From an uncultured Candidatus Saccharibacteria bacterium (GTDB taxonomy: Bacteria > Patescibacteriota > Minisyncoccia > UBA6257 > 1-14-0-10-44-23): 64,000 nt of DNA. Numbering within the stretch: position 1 is the first letter of the stretch; each line of letters starts with the position of its first letter. Below the pieces are notes generated by a model. It did no database searches. It saw only the letters and a list, made by a program, of their open reading frames with translations, and was not told where the DNA came from. The translations under genes were made by a program, and so were the position numbers. The DNA lies in assembly GCA_964641225.1 (NCBI GenBank), contig CAZXKC010000004.1, positions 29,026-93,025 on the forward strand. The letters run 5' to 3'. Positions 46,819 through 56,567 of this stretch are shown here, in pieces.

Positions 46819-49296
46819 ATGTACATCGGAATCGCCATCACACTTCTGCTGGCTGTGGCCGCTATCGGTTATATTTCAACACGTTTCAAGCGTACCGGCG
46901 AATTCTCGCACTCACTCGGACTTGGCCTTCTTAAGATAGAGCTTCCTCCGGCAGATCAGGCGCAACAGCAGGAGCAAAAATTTACAATCAATGACCTGCG
47001 CGAAAAAATCGCCGTGATGGAGCAGGTATATAGCCAACTTGCCGCAATTCACGAGGGCGCCTGGCATACATTTTTATATGGAAAACCATTTTTCAGTCTT
47101 GAATTAGCCGTTCCCCACACCGGGCAGCAAATTATTTATTATCTGGCAATTCCGCGGCGGTATCTTAGTAGTGCCGAAAAATTAATCCAAGGTATCTACC
47201 CGGAGGCAACAATTGAACCGGTTTCAGATTACACGATTTTTAACCCGCACAGTGCAGCCGCAACCGGCATTGTCCGTGCGCGTAACCGCTATCTGCCGAT
47301 AAAAAGCTATCAGGTGATGGAGGCAGACCCGCTGGCCACTGTTTTAAACTCATTCAGTAAAATTGCCCACACGGGCGAGGGTATGGCCCTCCAGCTTGTC
47401 TGCACAAAAGCGCAGACTGAGTGGAATCAAAAATTAGGACGCCTTACGCGTCATTTGCGCGCCGGAAAAACACTCAGCCGCGCCCTCACTGATGTGAATA
47501 AAAATCAGTTTTTAAAAACCTTCAAAGACTCGATGAAGACAACTAATAAAAATCAGCAAGAGATCAAGCCAAATGTTGAAGAAGAGGAAAAAGGAGTGGT
47601 TAATGAGTCGCTCGTAAAAATTGTTGAATCAAAGGCCTCGAAAATTTTGTTTGACGTAAACCTGCGCCTCGTCACCTCAGCGCCGACACAAGAACGCGCA
47701 CAACAACTGCTTCAGGAGCTTACAATTCCGTTTGCGCAGTATACCAATGAAGAGACAAATGGCCTGACGGTTTCTGCAGAGAGCGGCCGTTCGGCCCAGC
47801 GCGCTATTTATCAGTACTCGTTTCGAGTACCGGATGCAAACGGCCGGATGACGCTTTCTGCCGAAGAACTCACGAGCATTATCCACTTCCCCAACACCCC
47901 TATCGGCGCCCGCAACGTCTCGTCAGTAAAAGCAAAAGCTGCGGCCGCACCGGTTACTATGCCGCGCGAAGGCATGCTGCTAGGCGCCAACGTCTACCGC
48001 GGCGCAGAGACACCGGTTCATATGACCCCGGAGGACCGACTGCGTCACTTCTATATTATTGGGCAGACCGGAACCGGTAAAACGTATTTGATGCGCAACA
48101 TGATCATTCAAGACATTGCCGCAGGCAACGGCGTCTGCTTTATCGACCCACACGGTGATATGGTTGAGGAGATTCTTGGCTGCATTCCTGAGTCGCGCAT
48201 CAAAGACGTTATTTACTTTAACCCCGGAGACGTCGCCCGCCCGATGGGACTGAACATGCTTGAATACGACACTAATTATCCGGAGCAAAAAACCTTTGTC
48301 ATCAACGAGCTCTTGGAGATTTTTAACAAATTATATGACATGAAGACGGCCGGCGGCCCGATGTTTGAACAGTACTTTAGAAACGCCACCGGTCTTGTCA
48401 TGGAAGACCCTGAAAGCGGTAATACCCTCCTTGAAATCAACCGCGTCTTTGTCGACAAAAAATTCCGCGACTACAAACTTTCGCGCTGCACTAATCCGCT
48501 CATTAAAACTTTCTGGCGCGACGTTGCCGAAAAAGCCGGTGGTGATGCCTCGCTGCAAAACATTGTCCCCTACATCAGCTCAAAGTTTGACTCGTTCTTG
48601 AGCAACGAAATCATGCGTCCGATTGTCAGCCAAGAACACTCGGCCTTTAAATTGCGCGACGTAATGGATAACCAAAAAATCCTGCTCATTAATTTGAGCA
48701 AGGGACGCCTCGGCGAATTAAACTCCTCACTAATCGGACTGATCATGGTCGGCAAAATTTTAATGGCCGCGTTCTCGCGTGGCGATATGCCGGCCAGCCA
48801 GCGCAAAGACTTTTTCTTGTACGCCGATGAGTTTCAAAACGTGGCAACGGCAACTATTGAAACAATCCTTTCCGAGGCTCGTAAATATCGCTTAGGCCTG
48901 ATTATCGCCCACCAGTTCATTGCCCAACTGGAAGATGATATAAAAGACGCTGTATTTGGCAACGTAGGATCGCTGGCAGCATTTCGCGTCGGTGCAGAGG
49001 ATGGCGAATTTTTAGAAAAACAGTTTGGCCCCGTCTTTTCTGCGCGCGACTTAATAAATATCGATAACCGCAACTGCTACGTTAAGATGCTCATAAACGG
49101 TCAGACGGCTCTGCCGTTTAGCATGAAAACGCTCGCTGGCCCCAAGAGTGACCCGGCAATTGCCGCAAAAGCGAAGGAGTACAGCCGTTTAGTTTACGGC
49201 CGCGACCGTGCGATCGTTGAAGCTGAAATGATGGTGAAATTCAACGCCGTGGATGCTGCGAAACAAGTCGCAAAAGCTCCTGCGAGTCCGTTTTAA
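46819..49296 (+). CDS. VirD4/TraG/HerA-like ATPase (type IV coupling protein family)
   Basis: HFYIIGQTGTGKT, IDPHGD, YADEFQN and SEARKY motifs. Confidence 0.88.
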   Translation: MYIGIAITLLLAVAAIGYISTRFKRTGEFSHSLGLGLLKIELPPADQAQQQEQKFTINDLREKIAVMEQVYSQLAAIHEGAWHTFLYGKPFFSLELAVPHTGQQIIYYLAIPRRYLSSAEKLIQGIYPEATIEPVSDYTIFNPHSAAATGIVRARNRYLPIKSYQVMEADPLATVLNSFSKIAHTGEGMALQLVCTKAQTEWNQKLGRLTRHLRAGKTLSRALTDVNKNQFLKTFKDSMKTTNKNQQEIKPNVEEEEKGVVNESLVKIVESKASKILFDVNLRLVTSAPTQERAQQLLQELTIPFAQYTNEETNGLTVSAESGRSAQRAIYQYSFRVPDANGRMTLSAEELTSIIHFPNTPIGARNVSSVKAKAAAAPVTMPREGMLLGANVYRGAETPVHMTPEDRLRHFYIIGQTGTGKTYLMRNMIIQDIAAGNGVCFIDPHGDMVEEILGCIPESRIKDVIYFNPGDVARPMGLNMLEYDTNYPEQKTFVINELLEIFNKLYDMKTAGGPMFEQYFRNATGLVMEDPESGNTLLEINRVFVDKKFRDYKLSRCTNPLIKTFWRDVAEKAGGDASLQNIVPYISSKFDSFLSNEIMRPIVSQEHSAFKLRDVMDNQKILLINLSKGRLGELNSSLIGLIMVGKILMAAFSRGDMPASQRKDFFLYADEFQNVATATIETILSEARKYRLGLIIAHQFIAQLEDDIKDAVFGNVGSLAAFRVGAEDGEFLEKQFGPVFSARDLINIDNRNCYVKMLINGQTALPFSMKTLAGPKSDPAIAAKAKEYSRLVYGRDRAIVEAEMMVKFNAVDAAKQVAKAPASPF

Positions 49297-49355
49297 AAAG
49301 AAAGAGGCCCCGCACGGTGAGGTGCGTGACCTCTCCACTGCAGGGCCGAACTACT

Positions 49356-49952
49356 CTACTGAACGACTGCCGGAGCCGTGACGTCCTGCTTCTTGCCATC
49401 CCAGCTATCGAGATGACCGTGAGAGCTGAACACGAACACGCCTCGTTGCTCGGACTCTACGTCCCAACGCTTGCACTGCCACACCTTCACTTTGACGTAG
49501 TCCCAGTTGCCCTTCACGCCAGTGATACTGGCGATTGCACGGATTGTTATCCAGCGACAGGCCCCTCCGCTGGGCTGCTTCTCGTTCAACTTCACATGCA
49601 CGACGAAGAAGACGATCCGGGACTGAAAGTTGTCCTCGGGTGATGCGGGCCGACCGTAGACGCCACGCTTGTAGGCGTATTTCTCCACGGCCTCATGTCG
49701 AAACCCTCTGGCATGCGCGATGTCGACTACTGCTTCGGCGAGCCTATCGGGCTGAGGAAGAACTCGAATCTCTCGCTCTTCCGTCTTGGGCGGGACTCGA
49801 AATTCCCATTCCTCCCAAGCCGCGACCGGCAGCTTCAGACCCTTCTCGACGGCGGCTCGCACCGCTTCTTGAGCAAAGGTCATCCACTTGGAAATCTGAA
49901 GGACCGTCAGACCATCCCGCTCACGAGCAAACCTATTACGGTGACGACGCAT
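49356..49952 (-). CDS. Hypothetical protein, GC-rich
   Basis: AGGAGG SD; own promoter at 50022-50051. Confidence 0.6.
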   Translation of the reverse strand: MRRHRNRFARERDGLTVLQISKWMTFAQEAVRAAVEKGLKLPVAAWEEWEFRVPPKTEEREIRVLPQPDRLAEAVVDIAHARGFRHEAVEKYAYKRGVYGRPASPEDNFQSRIVFFVVHVKLNEKQPSGGACRWITIRAIASITGVKGNWDYVKVKVWQCKRWDVESEQRGVFVFSSHGHLDSWDGKKQDVTAPAVVQ

Positions 49953-50021
49953 GGGAACCTCCTTTTAGGTGTAACCTGCATATGCAGGCGCCGCCACTAT
50001 GGCAGCTTTCCCATAGAATAT

Positions 50022-50051
50022 ATTATAGCACACATTATTGTATTTTGTCAA
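50022..50051 (-). promoter_or_regulatory. Sigma70 promoter
   Basis: TTGACA-N18-TATAAT with extended TGn. Confidence 0.7.
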
Positions 50052-50115
50052 TAGATACGTTAAAACGCCTCATTTTAGGAGGTTTTTAGAATTTAGCCGT
50101 TAAAAATAACGGCAA

Positions 50116-50895
50116 CTATTTGTTAAACTCATCTCGCGGCTTTGACGCTCGTACAATCTCCATCGCCTCTTTCGCAGAATCAACGATAGTGAAAATCTGC
50201 ATGTCTACCTGATCAATTGCTTTGAATTTTGCAAACACGTCGTTTTCAATCCAACGAATAAGCGGATCCCAATATTCTTTACCTACCAAAATCACAGGTA
50301 TGTGAGTTGCAATTTTTTTGGTTTGAATAAGGGTTATAAGCTCAAAAAATTCATCAAGAGTACCAAATCCGCCGGGGAAATATACGTACGCTTGCGCGGA
50401 ATAACTTAACATCAACTTACGTGTAAAAAAGTAGTGAAACCCGTGACCACGATTTACGTAGGGGTTAATACGTTGCTCTACAGGCAGCTGGATATTCAGT
50501 CCAATTGAATTGCCCCTTGCCTCATGCGCCCCTTGGTTAGCCGCCTGCATAATACCTGGACCGCCGCCAGTGACCACCGCAAACCCTGCTGTGGCAAGTA
50601 AATTACCGAGCTCCTGCGCCTCTGCATACCACCGATCAGTGGCCGGAAAACGCGCAGAACCAAAGACAGTAACTGATTTACGATATGAGGCAATAAACTC
50701 AAATCCTTCGACAAATTCCGCCATGATACGAAAAATGCGCCAGTGCATAGACGCGCGAAAGTCAGATGGCTCTTCGAAAACAGGAAGATGCGACGCAGGA
50801 AGATTTAAAGATCCGATCTTGTGAGGCTCGTGCCCCTTGTGTTCCATTTTTTTACGAAAAAGCATATGAGTTAGTATATCAGAGAAAGAATTCAA
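50116..50895 (-). CDS. LOG family protein (TIGR00730)
   Basis: VFGSAR, TGGGPGIM, FFTRK and PGGFGTLDE motifs; true start may be further downstream. Confidence 0.92.
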   Translation of the reverse strand: MNSFSDILTHMLFRKKMEHKGHEPHKIGSLNLPASHLPVFEEPSDFRASMHWRIFRIMAEFVEGFEFIASYRKSVTVFGSARFPATDRWYAEAQELGNLLATAGFAVVTGGGPGIMQAANQGAHEARGNSIGLNIQLPVEQRINPYVNRGHGFHYFFTRKLMLSYSAQAYVYFPGGFGTLDEFFELITLIQTKKIATHIPVILVGKEYWDPLIRWIENDVFAKFKAIDQVDMQIFTIVDSAKEAMEIVRASKPRDEFNK

Positions 50896-50898
50896 AGA

Positions 50899-51321
50899 CT
50901 ACAATTTTATTCGATAAAAATTCGTTTCTTTCTTTTCAAATCCCATTTTCTCGTACAAAGCAACTGCCGCAGTACGCTCAGGGCGACTTGTGCAATGGAT
51001 TTCAGTAACTCCTTTTTCTTTAGCTTTTTCTAGCATCGCAGCCATCAATAATTTACTTAATCCCTGCCCGCGGTGACTTTCGCTGACGAATACATCATCA
51101 AAATGAGCATCTGTTCGAGAAGCTGTCGGCAAATAGCCGACCGTCGTCATCCCGACAATATGGTCATTGTCGCGGATCACAAATAAATCGCTTGAACTCT
51201 TCAGAAATTTTTTGAAATCAGCGACATCTAATACCGCACGGTCGGGCGAAAACTGCCGGTACAGCTCCTTAATATCCTCAAAATCCGCCTTAGAAAACTT
51301 TTTTAAAACCTGCGCTTTCAT
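50899..51321 (-). CDS. GNAT acetyltransferase
   Basis: V..SHRGQGLS and ALYEKMGF motifs. Confidence 0.9.
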   Translation of the reverse strand: MKAQVLKKFSKADFEDIKELYRQFSPDRAVLDVADFKKFLKSSSDLFVIRDNDHIVGMTTVGYLPTASRTDAHFDDVFVSESHRGQGLSKLLMAAMLEKAKEKGVTEIHCTSRPERTAAVALYEKMGFEKKETNFYRIKL

Positions 51322-51333
51322 GCCGTACTAAAT

Positions 51334-52803
51334 CTACGCTTCTTTTGACACATCAACCCGCGTCTTAAGTTTAACGACTGTTTTGCCGTCGGCTCCTTTG
51401 GCTAAAAGCCATCCACGGCCGTCAGCGGTCTTAAAGGTATATGACGATCCCTCCTGTGTATAGGTCAGATACTTTCTCTGCTCAAGAATTTTTAAAAGTA
51501 TCGGCTTTAGCAGTACATCCGTGTTGCTATCTTGAAGGGTATCAAATAAAATCCTGTTTTTTGTCTGCTCAAAACGTGCAATATCTATTTTAGGATATTT
51601 TTGTTCGGCTAAAAGAGCCAGCTCCTCAAACGAAGGTAGTTCTTCCCCATGAATAAATTCATCAAGCGTGGTATTAAATTCAGCGGCGGCCAGGTAGTCT
51701 GGTGAACCCTCGAGCGGCTTAGTCGTTTCTTCTACGGGCGCAGAAGGCGCGACGGGCGCTATAACGATCTCCTCGTCTACAACAGCCGACCCGCTGGCGT
51801 CCTCAAAGACACGCGGAGCTGGAGCCTCAGCGGCAACTTGAGCTGGTTCAGGGGTCGCAGAAAACTCTTTCGGCGTTTCCGTAGCAGGAGCAACAATGGC
51901 AGGTTGCGCAACTTCCTGTACTGCAGGAACATCCGCAAGGATATTGGCGCTCGTATGAGCAGGAGCGGCCTGTCTATCAAACGAAGACTGTACCGGAATC
52001 GACTCTTTTCGAATAATGGGCGTCTCAACTCCATTTCGCGCAGCGGGCGAAGTAGCGGGTTTTTGAACTGGTTGAACCTCTGGCTTCTTCGCGCCATTTT
52101 TACCAATACCAAACAAACGTTTCCAAAAAGAAGGCTTTGCCGAGGCAGCAGGTTTTTCTTGCCCATTACGAGTATTTGGTGCGGGTGCAACAATTTTTTC
52201 TGCCTGAATTTGCTCCCATGTTTTGCCGGCAACATCCGGCCGTAATCGATAGAGCGGCCCTTCTTTTTTCCCAACAGGCGCCTCAACCAACACCGCCAGT
52301 CCATCGGCGAGCAGCTTCGCAAGAACTCGGTCTGCCTGCTGCGCAGTCATACCTTGATTACTCATCTGAATCGTACGAGGCGATATTTCAGGGCCGAGTC
52401 CGGAAATATACGTATTCCAAAAATCACTCCAAAAAACAGGCTTTTCAAGATTGCCGGCAAAATCAGTGAGTTTCTCTGCCCGACTCTGCCCATTCAATTT
52501 CGCTTCGGACTCACTGAGAAATTTTCCTAATTGTGCCGGGCTTTCAATGGCTTTTTCGTCGACAGAAGACCTCTTCCTGAGCAGGCCATACAGCCCCAAC
52601 TGCTCTTTTCGTAACTTAGCAAGCTTTTTGTCTAACGTAAGGTATTGTGCATTATGACTTACACCGCCGCCCTGCTTTGTGCGAGTCTGGAGTATAAGCA
52701 TCTGCTCTTCAAGTCCGGAGGCTTCGTTTTCAATCTCTTCAATACGCTTTTTTACCTGATCAAGACTTTTCTCAGGAGCAAAAACTTTTTCAAATCCAAG
52801 CAT
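51334..52803 (-). CDS. Hypothetical protein with Pro/Ala-rich low-complexity centre
   Basis: 489-aa ORF with N-terminal coiled coil. Confidence 0.65.
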   Translation of the reverse strand: MLGFEKVFAPEKSLDQVKKRIEEIENEASGLEEQMLILQTRTKQGGGVSHNAQYLTLDKKLAKLRKEQLGLYGLLRKRSSVDEKAIESPAQLGKFLSESEAKLNGQSRAEKLTDFAGNLEKPVFWSDFWNTYISGLGPEISPRTIQMSNQGMTAQQADRVLAKLLADGLAVLVEAPVGKKEGPLYRLRPDVAGKTWEQIQAEKIVAPAPNTRNGQEKPAASAKPSFWKRLFGIGKNGAKKPEVQPVQKPATSPAARNGVETPIIRKESIPVQSSFDRQAAPAHTSANILADVPAVQEVAQPAIVAPATETPKEFSATPEPAQVAAEAPAPRVFEDASGSAVVDEEIVIAPVAPSAPVEETTKPLEGSPDYLAAAEFNTTLDEFIHGEELPSFEELALLAEQKYPKIDIARFEQTKNRILFDTLQDSNTDVLLKPILLKILEQRKYLTYTQEGSSYTFKTADGRGWLLAKGADGKTVVKLKTRVDVSKEA

Positions 52804-52835
52804 AGTATAAAAATTTGAAATTAATAAATCACGTG

Positions 52836-52906
52836 TGGACCTGAGGAGAATCGAACTCCTACCTCCTCCATGCCATGGAGATGTAATACCATTTTACTAC
52901 AGGCCC
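52836..52906 (-). tRNA. tRNA-Ala(GGC)
   Basis: GGGCCTG...CAGGTCC-A with G3:U70; anticodon loop ATGGCAT. Confidence 0.93.
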
Positions 52907-53061
52907 TGATGAGCGAAGTGATACTGGGCGAACTACACGTATCGGCGGAGCCGATACTAATAGTAGCAAGATTGCCCAGGTTCGCCAGTACTCTGGCGAC
53001 AATCTTACGTACAGGCCCAGCGACGAGCGTATCGCTATTGTACGATAAAACACTGTTCATT

Positions 53062-53595
53062 TCAAGACGCCGCCTTCGCACGCTTGGCTTCTTCATAGGC
53101 TTTCATAATTGTATCGCGCGCATACTCAGGATAGCGTATCCCGTAAATAACCATTTCGCGCATCTCGCCGGCGGTTTGAATATGAATATTTCCGAATTTG
53201 AAAAAAGTTGCAAAGATTCCAAGCACCTCGATTTTTACGTCTTCTATTTTCTCAAGCGGTGAAGAGGCAATATCGCGGGCAAACAAACTCACCTGATCAA
53301 CGTCAATGAGTCGTTCATTGGTAATAACCAAAATATCCAGATAATGCCCGGTCAACATTACAAAAAACGCAATCAGCATCAGGAGCATCCATGCGGCTAC
53401 GAGAAAAATTGTCAAAGACTGAAATTGATCGCCACCGATAGCAGCAGCCGTAGAGCCAAAGATGCTCTTATAAAATGGCAGCAATATAAGTGGTACCACG
53501 GCGGCAATAATCAAACCTGAGGTCTGCATCAAAAATATAAACCAGTGTTTACGCATGCCCACAATCACCTTTTCGCCAGGTAAAAAATGTATCAT
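53062..53595 (-). CDS. Membrane protein with bacterial PH domain
   Basis: RKHW, ITNERLIDVDQ..LF and FGNIHIQTAG motifs. Confidence 0.8.
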   Translation of the reverse strand: MIHFLPGEKVIVGMRKHWFIFLMQTSGLIIAAVVPLILLPFYKSIFGSTAAAIGGDQFQSLTIFLVAAWMLLMLIAFFVMLTGHYLDILVITNERLIDVDQVSLFARDIASSPLEKIEDVKIEVLGIFATFFKFGNIHIQTAGEMREMVIYGIRYPEYARDTIMKAYEEAKRAKAAS

Positions 53596-53822
53596 AGAGA
53601 TATAAGGGCAAGATACATTACGCCTAAGAGTACAATCACGCCTACTACAAAAGACACTCGAAACTCCAAAAGCTTTATCAGGCCGATACCATACGTCCGC
53701 CAGTGATAATCAAGAATGCCTCCGGCAACAACGCAAAGCACGACCGTTAACCAAAACAGGTATGGGGCGGCTTTAACCAAAATACCCGTAAAAGAAATTG
53801 ACGAAATATCTGGAAATGGCAT
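53592..53822 (-). CDS. Small 2-TM membrane protein
   Basis: YHWRTYG motif between two TMs. Confidence 0.65.
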   Translation of the reverse strand: MPFPDISSISFTGILVKAAPYLFWLTVVLCVVAGGILDYHWRTYGIGLIKLLEFRVSFVVGVIVLLGVMYLALISL

Positions 53823-53829
53823 GTAGTTA

Positions 53830-54867
53830 TTAACGCAGCGCTAATTTTTTACGTTTACGGGCGGCAATCAATCCGTCGAGGCTCCAATTGCCTCCGTCGT
53901 TTATGACCAGATAGAGCGCGAGCGCGAGCAAAATATAATGCGGCCAGACGGCTTCTTTGAAAAAGATCACCGAGAGTAAATACAAGAAAAAGGTCATAAA
54001 GGAGGCAAGTCGTGTCTCAAAGCCCAAAATAATACATAACCCAACAAGCACCTGCGCGGCTCCTGTGCCGAGCGAAATTAAGAGCGGATCCGAGGGGAAT
54101 AGCCAGTTGATGTGGTTGAGACCATATTTCTCAACGATTTCGAGTATGATTATTGGGTGCAAAAACTTAATCGTAATTGCCGGAAATAATACTGAAACAC
54201 CATAGGTAATTCTGATAATCGGCAACTCCCACTCCTTCCATTTTTTTATAAACGTGTTCGCTTTAGTCCGCACTCCATCGAGTGAGAAAATCATTGAACC
54301 AAACAGTAGCAATGCGAGAAATTCACCAACATAGTTAACGTAGGTGAGCATATAGTCCTTATACACCACCGTCATCAATAGCATATATATAAGACCAACT
54401 GCTCCGGCAATTCGTGTGTAGATACCGAAAAGAATCATAATGCCTAACGCATACAACGCAGGCCGAAGCATGATTCCGCCCGGCAGCGATGAAAGTGGAA
54501 TCTCGGGGCCCAAAAACACATTAAAATGTGCAGAGGCAAGGCAAGAAACAGCAAGCGCAATGCGGAGCGCAACATGGCCAACCGGCTCAAGACGCTTTAA
54601 CTTTACATCGAAGATAAGACCGATTTTTGAGGATAGAAAAAAGTAATAGACAATAAAAAGCGCAGCGATACTTAGACCTACACACAGAGCGATAAACACG
54701 TTATGCGGGTCTTTGAGCGCATCAAAGACATTAATACTCCAATCCTGCATTCCCCGCTCGATAGACTCAGCCGGAAGCACATAATTTTCGTGGGCGCGCG
54801 CAAGTACAGGCACCATGCTTAACAGCAACGTTGTGGATACAAAAAAAATCTTCTGAATCGCTCGCAT
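53830..54867 (-). CDS. DoxX-family multi-pass membrane protein
   Basis: Signal peptide ending AHE; two DoxX-like halves (G..TR..A, SLDG). Confidence 0.7.
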   Translation of the reverse strand: MRAIQKIFFVSTTLLLSMVPVLARAHENYVLPAESIERGMQDWSINVFDALKDPHNVFIALCVGLSIAALFIVYYFFLSSKIGLIFDVKLKRLEPVGHVALRIALAVSCLASAHFNVFLGPEIPLSSLPGGIMLRPALYALGIMILFGIYTRIAGAVGLIYMLLMTVVYKDYMLTYVNYVGEFLALLLFGSMIFSLDGVRTKANTFIKKWKEWELPIIRITYGVSVLFPAITIKFLHPIIILEIVEKYGLNHINWLFPSDPLLISLGTGAAQVLVGLCIILGFETRLASFMTFFLYLLSVIFFKEAVWPHYILLALALYLVINDGGNWSLDGLIAARKRKKLALR

Positions 54868-55202
54868 ATGATTACTATTTAGGATACCACACCGTGCTAC
54901 TGAGCATGCTCAGTAGCAAAAATTCCGTACATCAAAATTCTCGCGGTGAGCGGGATATTTTGACCTGCGGAAGCGGGTTTTTGTTAGCAAACAAAAACGG
55001 GCGGCTCCAGAAAAATACTCGCTTCAAAGCCGCCCAGGAATGATTCGAAAGAATCCTGCTCTTTGCGAATATTAAAATACCTCGGGTCAGTAGGTATTTT
55101 AATGTGCGGTGTGTCCCGGTCTAGAACCAGGAGCTTTCAATAAACGCAAAAAGCCCAGATGGAATTTAGGGTGTCTCGGTCCTCGATAAAAAATGTTGAC
55201 TG

Positions 55203-55290
55203 CGGTGGGGGTGGGATTCGAACCCACGGGCCTCTTTCGAGGCAGACGGTTTTCGAGACCGACCCGTTATGACCACTTCGGTACCCCACC
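55203..55290 (-). tRNA. tRNA-Ser(CGA)
   Basis: GGTGGGG...CCCCACC-G, anticodon loop CTCGAAA, long variable arm. Confidence 0.93.
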
Positions 55291-56274
55291 GGGAATAAAA
55301 CTTTTATATCGTGCAAGATGCTTCTGATTACTGCTCTTAATTTCAGCAAAATATCTCTCAATCTCTTTCTGTTTACGCAAGTAAACAGAATTTTGCTTAA
55401 CAGTGTTGGTTGGCGAAAATCCGAGGTGGACGAGCAGTTGTACGATATCTTTTCTTAGACTATCTGCATTGCTCGTAATTGTCCAGCCGAGATGATAATA
55501 CTCTTTACTCTTAATTCGGTGACGATCTACATAAATACAGCCATCAGTATCGAATAAGCCCCTTATAAATGCGCGCTGATACTTTATTTCTGAATTAATC
55601 CATCCAGGAATGATCAATCGCCCTTTCATTTTATTACCGGCAACTCCTCCATGCTCCATTAGAAATGATGCCAATGCGCGCGATGAAAACACAACTTCAA
55701 CTGCTAACTGCTCTTTTTTCTTACGAATCCTTGACGATAAACCAAATAATTCTTTAGCAATTCTTTGAACGTACAGAGCATGTTCATAGTCCGTTTCGGA
55801 ATTAGTTGTCACGCTTACCTGATACCTATCAATGTGGCCATCGCCGAATACAATACCAAAAAATTCTGCCAATTTCTCAGAATACTGTGGTTGGCGAATC
55901 TTTTTCAATTGTTTAAAGCCATTACGCGATCCTTTTTGTTCACGTGCCGATATTAATCCGCCTCGTCGACGACCTTCTGGCGTACCAAAATTACCATATA
56001 AATTAATACGCGCTCGACCACCTTTTGATGCGGCTTTCTTAATATGCCAAAAATCTTTTAGATATTGAGGGCTCAGTATTGTTTCAATAATCCCCGCAAG
56101 ATTAACCATCTTTTTAAAAACACTTGATGGTATCGAATTTTTTCCACCCCTCCAATCAGTAATCGTTCTCACGGAAACGTTAAAATATTGAGCAAGAAAT
56201 TTTGAACTATGCCCCTGAGATGATAAAGCGGCAAATAGCAAAGCTGTATTCGCGCGCGTGATCTTAACTCTCAT
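55267..56274 (-). CDS. Free-standing LAGLIDADG endonuclease-like protein with N-terminal HTH
   Basis: LAEFFGIVFGDG and FIRGLFDTDG motifs; the last 24 nt lie inside tRNA-Ser(CGA). Confidence 0.85.
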   Translation of the reverse strand: MRVKITRANTALLFAALSSQGHSSKFLAQYFNVSVRTITDWRGGKNSIPSSVFKKMVNLAGIIETILSPQYLKDFWHIKKAASKGGRARINLYGNFGTPEGRRRGGLISAREQKGSRNGFKQLKKIRQPQYSEKLAEFFGIVFGDGHIDRYQVSVTTNSETDYEHALYVQRIAKELFGLSSRIRKKKEQLAVEVVFSSRALASFLMEHGGVAGNKMKGRLIIPGWINSEIKYQRAFIRGLFDTDGCIYVDRHRIKSKEYYHLGWTITSNADSLRKDIVQLLVHLGFSPTNTVKQNSVYLRKQKEIERYFAEIKSSNQKHLARYKSFIPGGVPKWS

Positions 56275-56344
56275 AATTTAATAGTATCATAATTTCGAGT
56301 TATTAATATAGTAACTAGTCTAGCAAGCTTCTCAAATCGCAAAT

Positions 56345-56376
56345 CAAAAAACACCCCGTTTGAGGTGTTTTTTGAA
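56345..56376 (-). terminator. Intrinsic terminator
   Basis: CAAAAAACACC-N-GGTGTTTTTTG hairpin. Confidence 0.65.
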
Positions 56377-56387
56377 AGATACGAATC

Positions 56388-56567
56388 TTATTTACCCATG
56401 TTGGCCATTCCGAAATCCTTCGAAACAACCTTCCAGCACTCGTGCGGACCGGCGTTTGACTTGGTTACTGCGAAGTAACGGCCGTTCTTCTCCTCAATTC
56501 TCCACTCCGCTGACTTAAACTTTGCCTTCGACTTTACATCATAAAACTCCATCTCTTCTTTTGCCAT
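56388..56567 (-). CDS. Small Lys-rich protein resembling crenarchaeal chromatin protein CC1
   Basis: FYDVKSKAKF...IEEKNGRYFAVTKS; likely start ATG at 56567. Confidence 0.6.
   Translation of the reverse strand: MAKEEMEFYDVKSKAKFKSAEWRIEEKNGRYFAVTKSNAGPHECWKVVSKDFGMANMGK

Noticed and set aside
46819-49296. VirD4-like ATPase as evidence of a conjugative element
   Set aside because: No relaxase, VirB4 partner or mating-pair genes nearby; such ATPases are routine chromosomal genes in CPR.
52821-53096. Short ORFs overlapping tRNAs (also 2669-2935, 19317-19651, 20984-21217, 55137-55361, 60265-60468, 62271-62453, 62811-63143)
   Set aside because: Spurious translations of tRNA genes and their flanks.
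55267-56274. LAGLIDADG ORF as an intein or intron-encoded protein
   Set aside because: No N-terminal Cys/Ser or C-terminal His-Asn, no host exons, and the adjacent tRNA is uninterrupted.
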